A stretch of DNA of 64,000 nt from Hemiscyllium ocellatum. Its lineage: Eukaryota. A model generated the notes under the pieces. That model was given only the letters and a program-made list of their open reading frames with translations. It searched no databases and was not told the origin of the DNA. Location: positions 20,336,001-20,400,000 of the forward strand of contig NC_083413.1 of NCBI RefSeq assembly GCF_020745735.1, in the 5' to 3' direction. Of the stretch, positions 12,901 to 22,900 are shown in pieces. Position 1 is the first letter of the stretch; each line of letters begins with the position of its first letter. The translations under genes and the position numbers were made by a program.

Positions 12901-14010
12901 TTTTGATTTAATCCCTGCCCTCCCCTTCGCTGTTTGATCACACAGCATTGCCCTTCGATGTGAAGGGCACTGCTTGTCACTGGCCACTCGGGTGTTTTCC
13001 TATCTTCCTGGTAGTAGAAATTGAATAAATATTCATGTATCTTGTGTCTCTCATTGTGTCTCACACCTGCACACACACACACACACCATGGGTGCTGGGG
13101 AAAAAATTAGCACTACCGCAGTTAGGCGGTAGTGTGGGGCATAAAAGAAAAAAAAATGAAATGGGATCTTGATCTGATGGGCCTATGGGCTAAGATGGGG
13201 TTTAATTCAGAAATGTGAGGAGCTGCATTTTGGGAAAGCAAATCTTAGCAGGATTTATACACTTAATGGTAAGGTCCCAGGGAGTGTTGCTGAACAAAGA
13301 GGCTTGGAGTGCAGGCCTGGACTCCCAGGTAGATATGACAGTGAAGTGGAATCTCAGGTAGATATGACAGTGAAGAAGGCATTTTGTGTACAATCCTTTA
13401 TTGGTCAGTGCAATGCGTAAAGGCGTTAAGAGGTCATGTGGCAGTTGAACAAGACATTGGTTCCCCTACTTTCTGAATATTGTGTTCAATTCTCATATCC
13501 CTGCTACAAGAAAAATGTGAAACTTGAATGGGTTCAAAAGGATCTACAAGGACATTGCCAGGGTTTGAATGGTATGGAAAACTAAACTGTCTGGGTCTAA
13601 TTTCCCTGGACAATCAGGTGCTAAGGGGTGACTTTTTGGAGGCTCATAAAGTTATGAGGGGCATGGATAGTGTGAATAGTCAAGGTCTGTTTCCCGTGGT
13701 GTGGGAGTCCAAAAGTAGAGGGCCACAGGTTTAAGGTGAGAGGGGAATGATTTAAAACGAACCTAAGGGGCAACTTTATCACGCAGAGGGTGGTGCATGC
13801 ATATAATGAAGTGTCGGCGGACATGGTGGAAGCTGGTACAATTGCAACATTTAAAAGGCATCTGATGTTTATATGAATAGGATGAGTTTAGAGGGATATG
13901 GGCCAAATGTTGGCAAATTTGTCTTGATTTATTTAGGAGATCTGTTCGGCATGAAGGGGTTGGTCCAAAAAATCTAGGTCCATGTTGTGAAGTTAAATGT
14001 CTCTATGACC
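9970..14010 (+). mobile_element. CR1 LINE fragment split by the Tx1 element (9970-10077 and 13160-14010)
   Basis: KFADGIKIGGVVDSEKGYLRL continues colinearly after the Tx1 TSD. Confidence 0.85.
10078..13159 (+). mobile_element. Tx1/L1-clade non-LTR retrotransposon, 5'-truncated and decayed (RT + C-terminal zinc finger)
   Basis: VEFFKAFW, NWHSISLLSTDYKIFARVL, LDQEKAFDRV, QGCPLSG, YAND (YADD-like), CLFCGAVESVDHVYIGC; AATAAA 13024, A-rich tail; TSD AATGGGATCTTG at 10066-10077 and 13160-13171. Confidence 0.92.
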
Positions 14011-14804
14011 CTAGTAATAATATTTCTTTCTGATTAAACAGTTTACATTCACGTTAGATACTGTTGTGTTTTTTGTTGTTGTAAGTTAAAAGAAAATTGC
14101 TTCATGTTACTTGTTATTTGTGAAGAATATTTTGTAGCCTAAGTTTAAATGCATTGGCACAGGTGGTTTATGTTGGTGTGAATATGAATTCCATGTACAC
14201 GCTGCACTTTTTCAATTAGCGTTTCTATCCATTCATTTTTGTTTTCCTTTAGCTGTTTGGATGGGGTAATTTTCTTCTCTCTCCACTCATTTATGACCTA
14301 TAGATGCATATTCTCCATTTATGTCTGAGTTCATTATTCCACAACAAAAGAAAAAGAAAAACTGCAGATGCTGGAGACCTCAAACAAAAAAACAGGAACT
14401 ACTGGAAAAACTCAGCAGGTCTGGTAGCATCTGTGGAAAGAAACCATAGTTAACATTTTGAGTCTGATGACTCTTCATGAGATTCATTAGTAACTACCTA
14501 AATTCTTAGCAGCTTAGTATTTACGACAAAGTTTCAGTTGTGGAAAGGTGAGTGAATAGGTGGAGACAGAGCAAAGACACAGGTAGATATCAAACAGATG
14601 AGTAAACAAGGACATAATGGACAGGAAGCCAAGGAAAGAAAAACAACTGAATAAGATATAAGAATAGCTAAGCATGAGAAAAAGAGTGAGCAACGCTGAA
14701 TAAAGTCCATATAATATGATAATTAGTCTAGAAATTGGTGAGAATGGATATTTGTGCGAAAAGCAACCAATGCCATAACAGGCCTGGAGTAGGACACAGG
14801 AATT

Positions 14805-15812
14805 GGTGGTAGAAGGCTCCTTTTCAGACTGGAGGCATGTGACCAGCTGCTTGTCACAAGGATCAGTGCTGGATCCAGCTTTTTATCATTGATACAATTA
14901 ATTTGTAGTGAATACTGGAGGCCTAGTTAATACGTTTAGGCATGACACAAAATAGGTGGTGTAGTGGATAGTGAAGATGATTGTCATATTAAACTGGATC
15001 TTGATCGGAAAAGTCAATGGACCAAGCAGTGGCAAATGGAGTTCAATTCAGAAAAATGCAATGGTTTTGAGTTTGGTAAGGCAAGACACACCTGTACTTA
15101 CATAGTTAATGGTAGGGCCCTCAGGATTGTTGCTAACAAAGAGACCTAGGTGTGCAGGTGCATTGTTCCTTGAAAGTGGAGTTGCAGGTAGACGAAGAAG
15201 TGAAGAAGGTGTTTGGCATGCATGCCTTCATTGTCAATACATAGTTTATTGGAGTTGGGATGTCATGTTGCATCTGTACAAGATATTCCTGAGGCCAGTT
15301 TTGTAATAATGAGTGCCATTCTACTCCGCTTACTGTAGTAAGGAAACTGTTAAACTTGAGGGGGTACAGATAACAACAGTGTTTCTGGGACCTGAGGGTT
15401 GAATTTGTTGGGAGAGGCTAAATAGGCTGAAGCATTTTTCCTTGGAGTGACTGAGGGTGAATAAAATCATGAACGGCATGGATGATATGAGTAGCTGAGG
15501 TCTTTTTCCTAGGGTGGAAGAATCGAAAACTAGAGGGTAAACGTTTAAGGTGAATGGAGAAAGATTTAAATGGGACCTAAGAAGTAACCCTTTTACACAG
15601 TGGGTGGTGCATGTGTAGAATAAGCTGCCACAAGAAGTGGTGGCTGCTGGTACAATTAAAAGATTTAAAAGGCACCTGGATGGGCATATAAATAGGACGG
15701 ATTTAGAGGGATGTAAGCCAAATGCCAGAAAATGTAATTAGAATTATTAAGGCTATCTGGTCGGCAGTGGCAAGCTGGATGAAAGCGTCTGGTCCATGCT
15801 ATATTGATGACT
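14805..15812 (+). mobile_element. CR1 LINE 3' fragment
   Basis: WTKQWQMEFNSEKC; CR1 3' end homologous to 13160-14010. Confidence 0.85.
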
Positions 15813-15947
15813 AATATTTCTCAGATTAAGTAACTTACATTTACTTTCATTGCATTTGTGCTTTTGTTGTCAGAGGTTAAAAAAATCGGTTTTGTTTCAT
15901 GTTTTTTGTTACTTATGAAGATTATTTTGTAGACTAGGTTTAAACAC

Positions 15948-16560
15948 TGTGATGATGCTGCTGCTTTAACAAGGTTAAGTTGTGCATATTTCTGTTTCAG
16001 CAGCTAGTAAATACACAGGCTCCGAAATATCTGGGTTGATCTACTTGAGGAAGATTTTAAATAAAAAGTGCAATAAAAGGGGAGTGGCCATTTCTCCCAG
16101 TTTGGTTTTCTCTGGTTGGTTTATGTTTCATCAATCTGGCTGTTCAGAGCAAGCAGTCAGTCAGTTTTAAGACTGCTGATCAAAGAAACAGCTGCATGGA
16201 AGAAAATGTTCCAATATGAATCTCTCAGGCATCTCTCCTTTCAGACCCTGTGTTTGCGTTTACCTTTCATGCCAAGGGGTATTTATGGGGTATGTTGCAG
16301 GAATGTGGAATGGCATCATTAAGTTGGGATAATCTGTTGGATTTTCAGATAGGTGAAGTTATTCTATATTGTGTTCTCTTTTGTTCGTGTTGCATTCAGT
16401 AATTCTGCAAATAAGTTCTGTTTTGTTTAAAATTAACTGGTTGGGCCAATGACATCACTCCTTGAATATCCAATGTACACCTGCTTAAACTAACTGGCAA
16501 AGTTAGGCTCCAGACTACTTTCTTGAAATGTTTTGAGGGTGTCTGGCCTGGTCCATTACA
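15948..16560. mobile_element. Solo LTR, 613 bp
   Basis: TGTGAT...ATTACA termini, 4-bp TSD ACAC at 15944-15947 and 16561-16564; interrupts a flank that is contiguous in paralogous copies. Confidence 0.8.
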
Positions 16561-16844
16561 ACACATTGGCGCAGATATCTGATGCTGGCATGGATATGGA
16601 TTCCATATACACACCCTTCTATCCGTTTGTATGGGTTTTCCTTTCATTTTTTGGCTGGAGTAACTTTTTTTCAGTCTGTTCACCTACGATTTGTAGATGC
16701 ATATTCTTCACATGGAATAGAATCCACTAATCTACAACAAAACAAAGAACTGCTGATGCTGGAGATCTGAAACGAAAACAGAAAGTAGTGAATAGAGAAG
16801 GCTTTTTTCTAGGGTGGTGAGTCTAAAACTCCCGTCCAAAGGGC

Positions 16845-18322
16845 TATAAGACCATAAGCACAGGAGCGAGAAATTAGGCCAGTCACCCCATCGAGCCTGC
16901 TCTGCCATTCAATCATGGTCGAAAATGTTTGCAAACTCATTTTCACACTTTGTCCCAGTAAACACTAATCCCCTTGACAATCAAGTACTAAACTATCTTT
17001 ATCTTATATATACTGAATTACCTGGCCACCATAGCCATTTGTGGCAGTGAATTCCAATAATTCACTATTCTCTGGCTGAAAAAGTTTCTCATTACCTATG
17101 TTCGGAATGGTCTTTCCGTTACTCTAAGGCTGTTACCTTGGGCAGTAGTCTCTCCTACCAATGGAAACATTTTCTCAACATCTACTCTGTACAGGAGAGT
17201 CTAGATTAGAGAGGTGCTGGAAAAAGCACAGCAGGTCAAGCAGCATCTGAGGAGCAGGAAAATCGACGTTTCAGGCAAAGGTCTTCGTCAGGAATGACCT
17301 GATGAAGGGATTTTGCCCGAAACGTCGATTTTTCTGCTCCTCAGATGCCGCCTAATCTACTCTGTCCAGGCCATTCAGTATTCTGCCAGTTCAATTAGAT
17401 CCCCCTCTCATCCTTCTAAACTCTATTGAGTATAGACACAGAGTTCTCAAACGTTCCTCATATGTTAAGCTTTTCATTCCTGGGACCATTTTCATGAACC
17501 TCCCCTGAGGACATTCTAGGGCCATTGCATCCTTCCTGAGATCTGGGCCCCCAAACGCACAATACTCCAAATGTGGTCTGACCAGAGTCTTAGAGAGCCT
17601 GAGAAGTGCATCTCTGTTGTTATATCCAAGTTCTGTCAAAATAAATGCCAACATTCCATTTTTCTTCCTAGCTACTGACTCAAACTGCAAGTCTACCTTG
17701 ACAAAATCCTGGACTAGAACGCTCAAGTCTCTTTGCACTTCTGACTTCTGAATTTTCTCTCCATTTCGAACATACTTCACTTTACTATTCTTCTTACCAA
17801 AGTGCCCATTTTCTCACGTTGTACTTTATCTGTCACTCCTTTTCCTTCTCTCCTAAACTTTCTTCCCCTTCTCCAGCCTCGCCGTTTCCTCAATATTACT
17901 TGTGCCTCTGTTTATTTAGTTATATTTGTTCTACAAACTTAGCCAGAATGCTGTCAGTTCCTTCATCTCGACCATTAATACATTGAGTGAAATGTAGTGT
18001 TGCCAGCACTACCCCTTGTGGAGCACCACCTGTCACCGACTGCTATGCTGAGAAGGACTCTTTGAGTCCCACTATGTACTTTCTGCCAGGGAGCCAATCT
18101 TCTATCCATGCGAGCACCTTGCCTCTAACACCATGGGCCCTTATCTTACTCAGCAGCCTCCTGCATGGCATCTTCTCAAAAGCGTTCTTGAAATCCAGGT
18201 TAGATAACATCCATTAGCTCTTTCTGGTCGAATCTGCTCATTACTTCCTTCAAGAATTCTAGCTGTTTTGTCAGGCATGACCTCCCCTCAATGAACCCAT
18301 GCTAATATCGCCCTCTTTTACC
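16845..18322 (-). mobile_element. CR1 LINE 3' part, inserted in an older + strand CR1 (16790-16830, 18323-18610)
   Basis: [26 protein letters not shown] on minus strand; (CTTATGGT)-like tail at 16845-16860. Confidence 0.85.
17196..17354. mobile_element. Inverted pLTR pair (two opposed hammerhead motifs) with 16-bp TSD
   Basis: Arms ~17236-17292 and 17298-17353 are reverse complements; TSD ATCTACTCTGT(A/C)CAGG at 17180-17195 and 17355-17370. Confidence 0.82.
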
Positions 18323-19449
18323 ATAGATTTAAGGTGAGAGGGGTAAGATTGAAAAATAACTTGAGAGGTAATCATTTTCATGCAGACGGTGGTGGTTGCA
18401 TTGAATGAGCTGTCAGAAGAAGTGGGAGAAGCAGTTACAATTTCAATATTTCATGGGCAGCTGGATGTTTGCATGAAAATGAAGGGTTCGAGGGATGTGT
18501 TCCAAATGTTCAAGAACAGAGCAAGGGCTAATTGGGATGTCTGGTCAGCAGAGACGAGTTGTACTGAATGGTCTGTTTCTGTGCTGTTTGGCTGGATGAC
18601 GCAAGACCTCTAAGAGGTGGTCTGGAGTGGCTACAAAACATAGAAAGAAGAAACCATGATCTAAAGTTATTGAACTCAAAGTCCAGTCCACAAGGTAGAA
18701 GGTTCTGCATTTAAAAGTGTTTTCTGCACATCTCCTCTGAACCTTTTGCCCCTTATCTCAAATACCTGCCCTTAGTTATTGATTCATCCATCGAAGAGAA
18801 CGTATCTTTCCATCTACTCTATTTATACTCCTCATCTGTCATATATCTCAATCATGTCCCCTTTGAATTACGTGTGTTTTAAGAAAATCTCACTTCAGCT
18901 CTTATACTGATCATTTCTGTTTTCAGTGGATGACCACTTAGCCTTAAATTAAGCACTCAACTCTTTATTTCCATCAAGGCTAAATAACCTTTCTGATTTA
19001 CCCAGTCAGATTCGCTAAGAGTTTTGGATGTTTCAGTATGGTCACCTCAAATATTCTAAGCTTTATGAGTGCAAGTTCAACATGCTCCATTCCCTTTGAA
19101 ATGAAGGCCAACTTTCCATTTGACTTGCAACTAACTACAGATTTTATTAAAAAAATAACTTATCTACAAAATTCCGAAATAACAAAATTAAAAGCACAAA
19201 TGAGTCAACATTTTCCATTCACACAATAGGAAGGTAAGAGATTAGAGCAAAAGAACATTGTAGAGATTGGTCGTTAAGTATATTCGAGTATATGAGATAT
19301 AAAATATTTTTTAAAAGTCAATGAATCAAGAGTTTTGTGAGAAAAAAGAAAGGAAATTGGAGTTCAAGATGATCAGATAGGCCGTATTTAGATTCGATGA
19401 GCTGAATGTCCAACTTTTGTCCAATATGTCTGCGATGATCATTACCGGT

Positions 19450-19680
19450 CTAAGCCTTCTTCCCTTCCTACTGTGTGATTGGAAAATGTTTACTCACTTG
19501 AGGTTTTATTTTTAGTTCACGTGAATTCTATCTGCAGAAATAGCGATCGATTAATCAGGATTGGCTGCATCAACGGAAATCTCCCGCACGCAAGTTGATT
19601 GTGCAATGTGCAAAGTGATTCGTTGGCTGTGCGGCGCTGTGGGATGTCTCGGTTTAGAAGGGACGGTATATAACTCCACT
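19450..19680 (+). promoter_or_regulatory. Putative V2R proximal promoter of gene A (paralogous blocks at ~8180-8430, ~32440-32700, ~58860-59110)
   Basis: Non-repeat sequence conserved upstream of all four exon-1 copies; ATTGG 19478, CACGTG 19518, CAAGTTGATTGTGC 19591, GCTGTGCGGCGCTGTGGGATGTC 19626, TATATAA 19667. Confidence 0.55.
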
Positions 19681-19729
19681 TTCTTTCTCTTTCCATTGAA
19701 CCTCGTGATAGGTTTCTTACAATAAAGCG

Positions 19730-19938
19730 ATGGCTTTGTTTCTGATGTTCCTGCTGCTATCTGTTGTTCCTACGCGGGAATCAAATGGAATGGTTTGCAA
19801 GCCTCGAGCAAAAGATGAATTGCCGAATTTGTCTGAGGATGGTGATATTGTCCTGGGCGGGATATTTTCAGCGCATTTAGATGTGGTTCACGATGTGTCT
19901 TCATTTGCCGTTCGTCCGCTATATATGCATTGCGAAAG
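19730..19938 (+). CDS. V2R gene A exon 1 (signal peptide, GDIVLGGIF)
   Basis: ATG at 19730, hydrophobic N-terminus, donor AAG|GTAGG. Confidence 0.9.
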
Positions 19939-22900
19939 GTAGGTCGATCGTAGAATCCCTGCAGTGCAGATATAGGCAATTTGACCTCGAAAGCACAGCC
20001 CAGTCAGACCTAATCCCCACATCCCACTGTACCCTCGTAAGCCTGCATTTACAATGGCTAGCCCACATAACCCGCACGTCCCCAAATACTACAACGCAAT
20101 TTAGCATTGCGGAGCCACAAACCTGCACATTTAGATAGAACAGTAAGCGATAAAGAAATCCTGATTTCACGTGACAGCTCGCACGGAAAAAAATTCTGAA
20201 TTCTGCGAGTAATCATGAATTGTAACATTTAAACTGTTTGTGTTTGTCTTTAACATACATATGTTCAGATATTTGAATGGGATAATTATATCCGCAGAAC
20301 GATGATCATTCTTAATTTTTAAAATTACTCTACAATGAAGAATTTCAATTTGATTTTGCAAAAGACGGAGGGACAAAATGAGTACTCGAACACAGTCAAC
20401 TAAGAATCGAAACGGTGACTCTGTCCACACATGCTGCCAAATCCGCTGAGCTTTTTCGGTATTTTCTGGAGTTGCATTTCACGGAAGAATGTTTATGGTA
20501 ACGATATTGAATTGCTGACGAACGGCTTTATTGTCCCTGCAGCGGAAAACCAGTAATGTACTCGACAGGAATTGCGAATGGAATCCCGAAAAGCATATGC
20601 ACTGCGTCGGAGATGCACTGAATGTATACGACGTGAATATTAATTAGAAATACTCCCTGTGCAAGCGGTGAAATTATTACAATCTGTTAAGCAATGGTCC
20701 GTAATGGAGTTAGAACCATAGAACCCCAACAGCTTGGGAGTAGCCTATTTGCCCCATCATGCCCACACCGACCCGTCTCCCTGCTCAATCTTCGTATCCC
20801 GGCATTTCTCATATCTAATTCACGTAGCGGGCACATTCTTCTACTTTATGGAGAAATTTAGAATGGGCAATCCATCAAAACTGCGCATCTTTAGACTCTA
20901 GGAGGAAACCTACGCAAACATGTATAGAGTATGCAAACTCCAGGCAGCCAGTGGCCCGATGGGTTGAATCGAGCCGGGGTCCTTGGCGCTGTGAGGCAGC
21001 AGTGTTAACCACTGAGCTTAATTTCAACGCCGATAAGCGGGCAATTGTACGTTTAACATTGTTTAGAGCGCACTACGTTTGTTAAATGCAGTTCTGTTCA
21101 TCTTCTTAGACAACAGAGAACGTGGAGATGGTACAAAGATGACTAATGAGGATGACATTGGAAATTTGTGGGTTTAGATATCGGAAAAGGGTTGAGCGGC
21201 TAGATTTCTCTCCTGGTGGGAGCGTCAGGGTGACTTAACTGGGGTGTTTAACATCATAAAAGACTCTGAAAGAGTTGATAGAAAGAGAATGTTTAATTTG
21301 ATGCGAAAGACCGCCAGGAAAGGCCATCAAGCCACATAATACTCATAAATGTGCACACCTTCTGTTCAGGAGTATGGCAGAGACTGCTGCTATTGAGTGT
21401 TTCAAATTACTCCGAGAACTTTTTTTACTTTGCTATCGTCTTGTAATTTCCTCTCTGCGCTCAGTAATATTCGATGGAGTTGCCAAGGGCCGAAAATGGG
21501 GCGGGACGATCGCGGAGCTGCGGTCCCATGAGATGATTGGAGGAAGGCATGTGAATAAAGGTCGTGCAGTGTTCCAGTCTTTTTGCTGATATTGCTTATA
21601 ATTGTTTATATTATATGCGTTTTTAAGCGTTTTAAGTGTTGTTTTTAAGGCTTCTTGGGTACTGATAGCTGTTTGCAAATATTTCCAGGCGTTTTCTATG
21701 TGTTTCCAGATGTTATGTGTGCCTCCAGATATTTGCAGGTATTTGCAAGAGTTAATTCATTCAAGGTTTTAATTGTAGATCCACAGACCCGTCAAACAGA
21801 GAAGAGGGCAAAAGCAGAGTGGCGTGGAAATGAGTAGTGCTTGTGTTGGTGTGCGACGGGAGTGAGTTTCGGGTCATGACTATGTTGGGGGTTGATAGAT
21901 AAAGGGATGCAAGATGTTGGTAATTCTGTGGGACTGGGTTTACGCGGAGCCCTGAGGGTAAACAGATGCCAGTTGTCGGTTGTGCATCGTGCTTAATGCA
22001 TGCTGAATACCGAGGGAACGAGAGATATGGCTGTGCAGGGAGTGTTGCTGGTGCATTTCCGTGGGAGCCAGCACCTTTTGTGGCTGCCGGCGTGAAATAG
22101 ACAGGACCTCTAACTACGGATTTAAAAACACTTGTAAATCCGACATAAGTCGGGGTGAATGGTTGGGTATGTTGCGGATAATTGACCCAACCTTGCTCAT
22201 CCATGTGCTCGTCTGGGCCATGATCATGAGTTCCCAAAGAGACCTTCTTGGCAGAACGGAAGGTCCCAGCATGAGTTGGTTACTGGGAATTTGCGCCTCC
22301 ATTGCGGTTTTCAGTTGAGGTGAGTGTCTCAGTGGTATTGGAACATCTAGATGAATGAAATCCGCAGAATTAGATGGTGAACTAAATATGCATATCATTT
22401 CCTTTCATATACACCCGGCAGTTTTGATATCTCAAACTTTCGGCTGATGCAGACCATGATATTTGCTATCGAAGAAATAAATCGGAGCACATCTCTACTT
22501 CCGAATATCACTTTGGGATATGAGATCTACGATGACTGCTCGATCTCCGCGATAGCGTCGAAAGCAGCGCTGGCTTTGGTGAATGGAGAGCAAGAATTAA
22601 TTGAGCACCCTGAATGTAAAGGTTCCTCAAATGTCGCAGCCATTATTGGCTGTACTATATCCACGTCCTCCATTGCAGCCGCAAGGGTCGTTGGAACGTT
22701 TGGAATTCCAATGGTAATGCATCAAATATTTGGCTGCATTTTTAAAACGCATATATCCTATGATAGAATCCATAAATAGGAAACATTTGGCGCATCCAAT
22801 CTGTCTCGACTGTCCGAAGACCATTCCACTCCATCCCCAGATAACCCTTAACAGTATGCGACAATTTTGCATGGCACCTCCATATAACCTGTACATCTTT

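Noticed and set aside
11796-13082. 428-aa minus-strand ORF
   Set aside because: Antisense shadow of the GC-rich Tx1 ORF2; starts in a (TG)n tract with no ATG and has no recognisable domain.
8480-22422. Orphan exon 1 as an alternative first exon (protocadherin-like variable exon system)
   Set aside because: It is frameshifted, its promoter motifs are decayed and 3'-flank modules intervene; a deletion remnant is simpler.
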